Of a stretch of DNA of 64,000 nucleotides, positions 23,346 to 34,400 are shown one piece after another. The stretch is from assembly GCA_000708835.1 (NCBI GenBank), contig DF237381.1, positions 1 to 64,000 of the forward strand, in the 5' to 3' direction. The notes below the pieces were generated by a model. That model ran no database searches, was not told where the DNA came from, and saw nothing but the letters and a program-made list of their open reading frames with translations. Position 1 is the stretch's first letter. Every line of letters starts with the position of its first letter. The position numbers and the translations under genes were made by a program. The stretch is from Klebsormidium nitens (lineage: Eukaryota > Plantae > Klebsormidiophyceae).

Positions 23346-26300
23346 TCGTTCCGTTCCCCCTGTATCGACTCGTCGCCGAAGAACTTGGCCAGCTTCGTCC
23401 GACTGCTCTCCGGCAAACCATTTGCCGCTTCCCCGAGCCCCGCCCACTGCGCCTCCGCTTTCGCATCGGGGGGGTCCTCCGCGTCTCCCATCAGCTCTGC
23501 CCAGGGGTCCTCCGCAACCCCCTGGAACGTGTAGAACCGGAATCCGTTCTCTGCGACCGTCTCCTTCAGCTTCGGCCGCCGTTCCGCCGGAACTCCGTCC
23601 CGCAGGAACTCGCACGCGTCGGTCAGCACCCCCGGAACGGAAAAGACGTACCCGTGCCCGAGAAGGCTCTTGTCCAGCCTGGTAGCGTCTACCAGGTCGA
23701 CGTTCTGCAATGTATCGTCAGAAGGGCGCAAAGAATGAGCGAAAGGGACTAATAGACCTTGTTTGCACTTTTGATCTGCTATTGAGCATGACACTGCTTC
23801 CGACGTCAAGCAGTGTCAGGACACGACGCGCCAAGCAAATCTCATCCCAAAAATAACTGAAAAAGGGAAATAGAATCTCGGCACGAGGTGACAAATGACC
23901 TCAGCAGCCAACTTATCGGAGATGAATTTGAGAGAACGTAGAACAGCACTTCTGTTGATCTATTGAAGCTGCTCAATGTAGCCTGGCGTTCCGGCCCACA
24001 CGGCCTTCTGCGATCTAGCGATCTGACTGCAACGAGTGCACAGGGCAAGGTGTACTCAAAGAGGGCGTCGGGGAGACCGGTCCCCCCTCGGCGACCAGCA
24101 AAGTGCCCAGAGAGCCAAATTGGTCGCTCGGGACGATTCCTGAGATGTAATCTAGTCCGTCGGATGGAAAAATATTTCAGGAGTCAGATGGGCGAGCGTT
24201 CCTTGAATTCTGACGCCCTCCTCAAAGCAAAGTCAGCCCAGCAAATCCGTTTACCTCTGCGAACGGTTCGTACCTCTGCGAACGGTACGTGCCAGGGGCG
24301 TACCCCGGGGGAGATTGGAAACGTCCCGAGGCGGGGGTGGCTGCCGTGGATGCGGGACGACACGTGGAGAGCCTGGTCGGCGGAGGACGCGTAGATCGTC
24401 ACGTGCTCCACCTGACACGTGGCCGAAAGAAAAGTCCGTCAGTGATGCCCTTTCGGTGATACTAGTACCCTTGCCTTCTGCTTTCTCATTTCATTTCGGG
24501 CTTCTGCACTTATCCTTCTTCGCCGTCTGGAGGTTGCCCTTTCAGACGTCATCTACTTCGCACTCAAAAAAGGTCCCGGAAACAGGGCAGCTTGCCACGT
24601 GGCAGATTGTATGGTCACGGCCCCTGCCACGCCCGAGGACAGCGAAGGATGGAGTAGTCTGCAAACATGAAGAGGGTGCTCCACGAAGCCAAACAAATCT
24701 GAGAGCAATCCTTGCGAGACCCACGAAAGTTCAGAAAAAATCCTCAGATTCAACAGACGCGAAAAGTCGCCGCGCAAGAGAGAGCGGAGATTTCTTTTCC
24801 GGCCGCAACTAAAATTATGAAGCCATTGGGTGGCGCCTAGATTAGACTTGAGTCGCTGGCCCTATTCGACATTGGAGTTTCGAGCACGTCGTAATCCCTT
24901 CGCGACCGCGTCTTCTGTTCCATCAAGGTCTCGAATATAGTAAAGACCAACTCAAAACCGAACGGGAGAGAAAGAGGTGAGCAGAAGAGAACGAAAAAGA
25001 AGAGGACGGAAGCTGATTCAAACAAGATCGGAACTGGTGCCTTTGTCCGCAATTCGTTGCTGTCCAAAAATGAACGAAGCACTTGCAAATCCACCAAGAA
25101 AGCACCGACAACGTTGTGCGAAGTTGATGACAGACAAGCTTTCAAGACGCCTCGTGAGGCCATTTGCTTTTGACCAGGCGAGAGGCAACCAAAACGTGGG
25201 CTCAATCGTGTCCGTGTGCCAGATCTCAACCACCGCAAACGAAGACAGAAGTTGCTAACTAGAAACTTCTGCCATGCCGTTTCTTGCAGCTACCCCTACA
25301 GTTTGTACATGTTTTCTTAGCCAACGTGGAACAGGAACTGGATTCGAAAGAAACGACAGTCTACTTCGCTGCTTCCGCATTTGAAACTGTCACGTCCCTG
25401 ACTCAACAGGCAAATTTGGGGAGGTACAACTTCGAATCGCCCAGTTTCGCCGGAAGCAGAAGTTGGAAGTTGGGCAGAGCTGAGCTGAGGGCAGGGTTTC
25501 CGAAAGGCCCACCGTTTTGCTCAGCTGACTTTGCAGCTGGTAGAACTCCCCGAGGTCAAAGTCCGGGGCGGCCAGCACCAGGCGGCCCAGCTTGGCGGAG
25601 CCCTCAGAGAGTTCCCCCAGCGCGAGCCTCATAAGCGCGTACAGCACAACCCGGGAGCCCATACTGCACGCAGGAAGAATATTTGAAAGGATTTTCGCTT
25701 TTGCGGCGCTTCTAAATTGTCGCAAAGCACGAATTTATCCAGATTTACGGATGCAGGTTTGCAGAGGCGGGTGCCATTACGGGAACGCACCTCCTTTTTG
25801 AGGGCTTACAAGCCGTCTGGGTGTCCGAGCTCTAGACGAAATAACCCTCTAGATCCCGGTATGCAATGGGAGTGGTCGAACGGTCATCTGGAAGCTTCCA
25901 AGCCGAGTGGTCGAAGCGAGCCATATTCACTCTCTTCGAGACCCTTAAAAGGCAGAGCGGGATTTCGCTCCGGTGGTGAGTAAAGCCTTTGCGGAGTGGC
26001 CGGGTTAAGTCTATTGAAAGACGGGCCGGAGTTAAAAGAAACCAGGGCTCCCATGGCATCGGCTTCACCAACACACAGTCTGCAAGATTTGCTCTGTAGC
26101 CCAACAGGCTGACTGCCAAGCCGGAACTCCCAAAAAACGTGTTCCCTTTCTTCTTATGAAACCCCAGCTCTGCGCATTGAGCTGCACCCTGTCCACTTTG
26201 TCGGGATCTCTTCCAATTTTAACCAAGCAAGTTGCAGTAAACCCGGCTAGAACAGGACCTTACCTGTGGACGATCAGATGCACCTTGTCCAGTTTGTCGA

Positions 26301-28385
26301 ACCTCTTGCAGTCACAAACCAATATAAAGAATTACAGTAGTCCGAAATAGCAGGGCCTTACCTGTGGGCGATGATATGCACCTTGTCCAGCTGGAACTCC
26401 GTCAGCATCTTTGTCAGGAAGTCGACGAAGTGCGCCACAGCCCACATCGCGTTGCTCTCGTCGGCGCTGTAGCTGTCAATCGCCTGCAGGAAGCGGCTGC
26501 GGAGACGTCAGCTCCACTTCGTGCAGATCTGGGACATTATGCTTGAAGTTTGATGTGCATCTTTGTTGACCAGACCGTCAGTCAACTTGCCGTACTCTGC
26601 AAAAGGTCCTTGAAGTTCCGGATCTGTGCAAACGATCTTACACCTTACCGTCTCTGCAAATGGTCCTATACTTCTGAGGAGGTCCATAATAGTATGATGT
26701 CCGACACCGCTTGACAATTCGTTGTCAGAAGAAAGTCATCGCAACGGAACCTGGCCCAGCATGGCCATCTATATTTGACAGCCCAATGTAAGGCAAAGCT
26801 TTCAAGCGGATTGTGGGACTCAGGAGAAGGGGGGGAATGTTTGGAACTCGTAAGCATTACAACGGGTCTTAGAACATATGCCAAATTTCGAAGACCCCAA
26901 ACTTGGAACAGGGTGTTCTTTTTTCATTCCAATATTAGAGCAGCGGAACAGACTTTCTTCGCATCTGGGACGCCTTTCAAAGCTGCGGGCATGACGCATT
27001 AAAGTGTAACAGAGAGCTCGTAAAAAGGGCCTGGGTTGAGTGCTTTGCATTCGGACCGTTCCCAGCTGTTTGATCACTTGGGCTTCTCTTTGACAGCATC
27101 TGAGCTTACATACGCAGTGACTCTCGTTTGCAAGGAATGCTGGCAGGTCAGGACTTAGAATCTTTGATTCCTCTGTACAGGGAACTGAAGAGAGACGCCG
27201 GTGACTCAGCTCACGGTATCCAGTGGTGGCAAATTGAGCGTGTCCCGGGGGCACAAACAGAAAGTACGGACAGAAATGCCGTGTTAACTTCATTTGTCCT
27301 GGCAGGAAAGACAGGAAAAGTCCATGGTTGGAAGGGAGGGGGGCCCAAAGAAAGGAGATGGAATCCAGAGAAATGAGAAGCAAGCAAAAGAGGAAGCGTG
27401 ATTAGGTACTACGCACCTGATAGGACGGCCAGCTGAACAAAAACAGCGGCGCATCCTCCTGGATCTTATATGCGCAGAGCGCCATTTTCCTCGCCGCCGA
27501 CCCAAACCGAAAGTTGAACCCGTGCACGTAAACAACCGCCTCGCTTTTCCCCTTGCTCCATCCGCGCTGGCCCCCCCGCCTCTGTCCCCTCAGAGTCTTA
27601 TCCACATGCCGCCGATTCTGCGCCATGTGGTGTTTCAAATATTCCTGGCTCATTCCCATGCACTTGGTTATCATTAACCCGTCTCGAACCCCGGTCTTGG
27701 CCGTCCGAGCCCGATCCCAAAACCACCCAAAAGGGAGATCGGAACGCGTCTGAGCAACGTTGTCAATGTCGGGAATGGAAACGCGCACAAGGCCCACGGA
27801 GACTTCGTCCGCTCGCTCAATGCCGTAAAAGGCTTCCGTGAGATTATTCCCACTGGGCTGCCGGCAGGTGCCGTACCAGATGGGCACGTCCATGAAACCG
27901 GCGGCGTCTCCGGCCCCCTCGGAAGGACGCGACTGCCCTCGTTGCAGGTAATCATGCAGGCGATGAAAGCTCGTCAACAGATCTTCCTTCGATTTCCAGT
28001 CGACGGGAAGCGCCACATTTGCGACGTCCACTTTCTCCAGCAGAAAGCTGACGGTCTCTGCCGCTTCCGGGGAATTTTTGCAGTGCGCAATTACCGCGTC
28101 CGCAGCTTCACTCAGCTGAGCAGAGGTCACAGTTTGCAGGGGGGCTGTCGTGACTGGCTCCAAAATGGTCAGCAGCCCCCCGGCAAACTCATCCCAGCTG
28201 TCGCTGAGGTCGCGCCTGATGTCAGCGATGTGGATCAGAATGCTGAAAACAGCGGCGCTTTGGAGGAGGTGTTCTTGGTCCTGAGAACCAGAAGCTGTCT
28301 TTGTTAAGCGCAGGGTTTTGAGGAGGTTGGCGGGGATCAGGCCCGAAGGCCTGATGGTTCCGATGACTGAGCTAAATGAGTTCAT
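23342..28385 (-). CDS. DUF900-type alpha/beta hydrolase (esterase/lipase superfamily) with N-terminal helical extension
   Basis: Phase-consistent exons 28385-27417, 26483-26362, 25663-25513, 24411-24274, 23704-23342. Motifs VPIWYGTCR, VVYVHGFN..F..AA, FLFSWPS, YSADE, VHIIAHSMG (nucleophile elbow), LVLAAPD, VTIYASSADQALHVS, HGSHPRLG, LGHGY. The 3' end is uncertain. Confidence 0.85.
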
Positions 28386-31300
28386 TCTGACCTATTAGTT
28401 GGTCAACCTCTGCTGATTTGTTTCTGGTGAGCTTTCCAGCTCTTGACCTCTGCTTAGCTGCTTTTCTACAATGCTGCATTCCATCTGAACAGCATTCCTT
28501 GGAGTCGTGCTTTCGCTTCCCTGTGCCTTGTGGAAAACCTCACGTGTTTCAGACAGGCAACGCGGGGGCCTTGTTGCACTTCTCCCTATAGCTCAAACAA
28601 AGAATGGTCACCCAAGCAAGAGCTGATGAGTGAGTTTGGCTAACCCAGAATCGCTACCCGGAAAGTAGGATACAATTGTAGTGAAGCACAGATGAAATGA
28701 CCCCGTGGCTCCCACGCAAAACAAAAGGTGAGCAAGAATTGCAGACGCCATACCACCTTCTCCTGTGGCTCACTCTGAAGGAATGCCAGCTCCAAGAGGG
28801 CTCCAAGGGTCGGCCAAGCCTACTATTTAATAGGCATGCATGTGCATTGTGCATCATTCAGCTTTGAAGTGTCCCTCCGGTTTTCAGGGCTGGAATGATG
28901 GGGCTGAAAATCACACGCGCAACTTGCAACCATGATTGAATCAGATTGATCCCCACTATGCGACCTCTCCATGGCCCTGGGGGGGGTAGCTACCTATAAT
29001 CCACAAGTTACGTGTACGGCCGGTCTCGGATGGTACAAGGGCTTAGGTTAGATACTGGTTTGGCTTGGGTTAGATCAGGTTAGATGACCTTCAACTGCTT
29101 GTTGCCTGCCCATCCGGGTTATCTCGATGTACCTTGATTTCAGGGTTTCTCGCTCTCCCAATAACTTACCCTATGCCTTTTTCACTCTCCATGACACCCC
29201 CGTATGATGCACATTGCAGTGACATTGGGGGAGGAAGAGTTGCTTCGTGATTGAGAGATTGTGCAAATCATGACGGCATTTAATGCAACCGGCCAGGTGG
29301 TGTCCTCATTATCATGATGGGTAGTTCAGGCTACAGAGTCGCAATAGATACACCCACCCTAAAATTTAGAAAGTGTTCAACAACCAGAATCCATAGTAAT
29401 CATCAGGGAGACCTACCTATTCCTATACCTACTGTATACATATTGGATCTGAAGCATTCCTTTCAAATGAGCTCGTGCTTCAGAAGTTGGAATCTCAGCT
29501 GGTAAGTTAGCGCCGCAAAAGTTTTCACTTGAGCACTAGTCCTACCCTTCACTAACATTGCCGGGCAGAAGATCTAGAGTCCGTCGCACTCTCGCTTCTT
29601 TTTCACAACCTCGCGCTGAAAAGGAAATCTCAAGGATGTTTGAGACCTCTTTGAGAAACCTTTTCCGTTTGCCCACAGCTCATGAGCTGGCTGAAATTGC
29701 AGATGCTTGAGGGAAAAGGAAGCTACATTTACTGGCGTGTGGCGTGTGTTCCAAGAAGGTAAGCTCGTCAGAGCTTGTCATCATTAGTAGCTCTGCGTGT
29801 TTTAGGCTCGGATGTACGTGTGTCACATCTTAAACGTAGAACATGCTGTTCTCAGCACAACCTGCAAAGTCCACTCTTTTGTTGCGCTCCTTACACATTT
29901 TGCACTCCAGCCCAAATATGTCTCTCCATATTGAGGTGGATCACCAGTTCAGAGAGCAGCCAGAAAAAATGCAGGCCCCTTTCCTCACTTGCCGCTGAGC
30001 GCGGCAAGCATAGTTCTTTCAAGCTTCAAATCCTGCGGTGTCAAACCTCAAGTTTCTGTATACTGTAAAGGCAGACACTTCACTCTTTGAGAAAGACATT
30101 TCTGCCGTTCCATCAGGAGCTTTGAAGTTTTTGGGGTGGAAAGCGTGCGCGCTGTTCAATGCCAGAAGTTTGGAGCGTGCGACAGTTTGCAGATTGTCCT
30201 GTGTTAATGGTCATCTGTCTTCGACCTTAGCAACAGCAGAGAGCTGTCAGCTTCAGTGATGAGATGAGAAGAGCGCTCTGCTTGACTGTGTTTGTTCACT
30301 GAGTCTCTGGTGCCAAGGTTGCTGCTACCATGTTTTCAATAAGTGTGTTCACAGTAGCTGTTTCCATATATAGACTTTCTGCAAAGCATTGGTGAAGGCA
30401 AACCCTCTCTTATAATGATTAGGCAGAACCATATCAACGTTGGGCTTCAGTCCGGGGTGAAGCAAACCCCGGAGCTTTTACAACACAAGAAGTACATGGT
30501 TTCTTTTCAGTGCTGCCCTCCAATACTCTTGAGCTTGCCACGTCGTGTGTCATCATAAGTGGTTACTTTCTCTCTGCCTAACCATGCCCCTAATGCTTCT
30601 CCTTGCAGCTGCAACGTGCTTTGTCTCGGGCTTTCCGGCAAGCCCCGTTTGCTTACAGCCCATGAAGAAATTTCCGCTTTAAGGATACTGATTGCTGGGC
30701 AGATCTCGATGAGCAGAGGTTAAGCTGCCAGCAAGCTAGGGAGGACAATATTACAGGACCAGAGTTTTCTGAGTCAAGAGGTTTCAAGTTGCGGGCTCTA
30801 CACAGAGGGGCTTCACAGACTTGACAAACCCAGGCAATTCTTTCAACTCCTAAGCTTGCTTCTCAGACTTTCTTCCTTCACGAGGACTTACATTAGGCTC
30901 ACTCAGCCTACGTGCCAGCTCAAAAGGGCTCCGACTGCTGCTCAAGGAGCCCTCTGAATCTTGTCAGCACCTAGCCAAGAAGTTCTCATAACGTGTTGGG
31001 TTTACAAGAAGCTGGGTTTACAAGATGCTGCTGAGCAGCCAAAAGCCAGGTCTTTGTGACTCTGGCTGAAAACCATTGCAGAAAGGCTTGCTCTGTCAAA
31101 GTGGAACCGCAGCTTTGTGTAGTGTCCAATTGAAGTTTTACAGTTGGCCACCCTTCATTCCTGTGGGGGCTGATTCTTTCAAGCCAGATGGCTTGTTGAT
31201 TCTACGTAGTCTCATCCCACCACATTCCTTTTCGTGTTGATACACTCCAACTTGGTATAATCTGTTACAGTCCCTTTGCACTGGTTTCCTCACAGAGTGG

Positions 31301-31446
31301 ATACTTTTCCACCTTAAACTGCTACACCTTCAATTAGAATGATGCGTAATTAGCAATTGACATTCCTGCTTTCTCCCTCCAGGATGAGTAGCTTCAAGCA
31401 AAGCAAGAGTAGCTGACTGACAGTTGCATTTTCCGCCTTTCTGCAG

Positions 31447-34400
31447 ATGGATATCTTCAAGCTGAACCCGTTTGCAGTGAAACCCAAGCCGTGCTGGGCG
31501 CTCTCCATTCCACTATCTCTGGTGCTAACCACGGCGGTGGGCCTTGGGACAGCCTTTTTCATTATTGCTGTGAGTCAACAGAACATTAATCTTCTAACCA
31601 TCTGTCCCGTCTTCTTTTTGAGTTGTTAAGTTTTCGCCCCACCTTGGGGACCAAAAGCCCAAACGCACATTTGTTCCAATCACTCCGCCCACCTTCCTAC
31701 CTACTTTTGGCAACGATATCGGGGCCTGGAATAGCGTTTCCATGGGGATCGTGGAGCCACGTGAGATCCATCAAGTCTGACGCCCTGTCCCTTTCTCTTG
31801 TCTTCAATGGGAGTCCTGTCGTTTGACTCGTAATGAGAGTCCTGAGCTTAGGGTGTCAGGTAGAGTGGTCGTACAGCTCACCAAAGGTTGAACTAAATTT
31901 CGCAGCCGTCCTTGGCGGTTCATTGGCGAAGGGTCCAAGCTTGAAAAGCTGCAAAGTTGCATTCCTTTGCAAAGTCGGCAGCTCCTCAGTGTAAACGCGC
32001 CGCCCTCTTGAATCATCGCTTAGGGCTGAAAGCTTCTTCCTTCCGCTCACCAACAATGAGCTATTACAAGCTGTTGCCTCATGAGAACAGAGTCGTGCCA
32101 AGGTTTCTATTCAGAGATTTCGAACCGTTGAATCAGCAATTAACTGTCATTCTGATCGAGATTTGGAAGACTGAGGTCGAGATAATATGACCTCATGTTC
32201 GGTCTTCTGTTTGCTCAGACCCCATGTCTGTCTATATTAAGCGAACTAGTCTCCTTCTTTCGTCCTTCGACTGTCGGCAAGCAAACAGTGTAAAGCTTCA
32301 TTACGACAGTTCATACATTCAGCGGTGTGTTCCAAAAAGTAGTTAAAGTCATTTAACGCTTGAATTCTCACTCTGTCTTGCAGAACTTAACCCTTCTTAC
32401 CGAGCCCACGGTAACCGAGAAAATCAAGGCGGCCGCGCCGCCATTACCGTTCATCTACTTGTGCCCCAGCAAGCGGCCGTACACAATGTCAGGACCAATC
32501 TACGTGGGCTGCGGAGATAACATCTCCGATACTGCATACCCCCTGCAAAGAACTCCCGACGGCATCAGCACCCGCGCCGGGGGGCTGTGCACCCTCCAGC
32601 AGCTTGTGACGATCAAGGTGCGCTCCCGGGTGATGCATTTGCTGATGTCATCAGGCGTAAGGTTGTGTGCTCTGACAAGGGCAGGTTGTTTTGGTGGCTT
32701 CGGAGGACGTGAGCTCTGCTGACGTCACCTGAGGCCATGTTGCGGTTCAGTGCATATTCGTCGCTTCAAAGGTTGCGTTTTGAAGCAGGGCTTCGGAGCC
32801 ATTTGATTCGTTTTGGAGCGATTTTCAACCCAGCGATGAAACGTAATGACGAAAGACGTCTAATCTGTAGAATCCTCGTATTTGTGTCCCATCGAAGCAC
32901 TCAGGTTCCGGCGCGAAACCAAGACACTACTTGCTTGTGACCGATCATAGACCGAGACGTGGAGCAGCCTGGATGACACTCAGTGCGTGGTCTGAGAAGG
33001 ACCCCGACACTCTTACGTTGACACGCTCTTGTTCGTGTGTCGACAGATAATGGACCGGGACGTGGGCGGCCCGGTTGACACTCAGTGCGTGGTGTTCCAG
33101 CACATCGTAGCGAACAAGGACATCCCCTGGAAGACGCAGGTTTACATGATGCTCTCGCGTAACCAATTTACGGCAGGGCTCTCGACGACGACTCTCGACA
33201 CCGTTCCAAGTAAGCCGCACGATCACTTGGTGAAACCGTTGGCTTTGCAGTCATCTTACCCGTTTGCTTCTTTCCTGGGTCGTTTCAAGAAACCAAATTG
33301 ATGGCCGCGGTTGGCAGGACGACGCTCGATGCCGCGCCAAGGATGCGACACCAGACTTTGTGTTCGCTCAGTTCGTCTGCCATGCCGGTTCTTGAAAACA
33401 ATCGAGTCTACGACAGGGCTCTCGACAAAGGCATTAAGCAACATTTGTAAGTACATCCCACTGCATTTGCTGAATCCCCGCGTTTGCATTGTCGTCGAAG
33501 CCAACAGATCACCAGCCAGTCGCGGTCGAGGGTGAACACCATCAGATGCTACCCATAAATCTCTTGTTTTTCAGTAGGTTTGAACACCTCTCTCTCGGTT
33601 TACCGCCCTGGCAAATAGTCGACGTCTTCACTCTGAAAGCCAATCAAGGCTTCCTGCAAAAATGTTTCCCGAGATCCAAAGTCTAACAGCTTGCGAAGCG
33701 AAAACTTTACCGCGAAAAGAAGTAGGTCTACTTATGTGCTTATCCATTTATTCCTTCTCTACCAGTGGGTTCAGACGAGTGACATTCAATCAACGGCTCC
33801 GGAAAACAAACAACACGTTCAGTCAGGCAAGCAACCAGGGCTAATGCTGCTCTCGTCAGACTCTCAAACAAGTAACCAACCAGCAAGTTTTATTTAGCAG
33901 ATTTCCCCCATTTTCAGTCGGTCGTATCGTGTGCTAACCCGTTCTCTCCTTCTCTTCCAGTGGGTTTGAACTGTTAGAAGTATTTGAGCACTGCCACTCG
34001 GGCCACACTGGCGCCAGTGTGGCCCGAGTGGCAGTGCGCAAATACTTCTAACAAAAATGCGGTGACCGGACTGGGTTCGATTCCCAGCGAGAACGCGAAG
34101 TTTTGCGGCTGGCTGCGCAAAAAGGTTGCCCAGGGGTGGCGTAAAAAGTGAGCTCAGGAAAAGGGCCGCTTTCGAAGTCCTGAGGGGATGGCGTCAGTTA
34201 CTTCCTTGGTCGGAAGGAGAGGCTCGACTGGAATACTTCTAACATGAACGCCTACCTCTCAGTCAACGACACCTTCAGCCTGGAAGCCAACCAGGGCTTT
34301 ATGCGAAACGTGGTCAAAATAAACAAGGTCAACGGCTCGCAGGATTGAATAACCCCGCTTTTAAAAGTAGGTTTTGTTTTGCGCTAACCCACCCTTTTGT

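Noticed and set aside
34013-34095. Functional tRNA gene
   Set aside because: T-arm and boxes are present, but the acceptor and anticodon stems cannot pair, and it lies within a TSD-flanked insertion.
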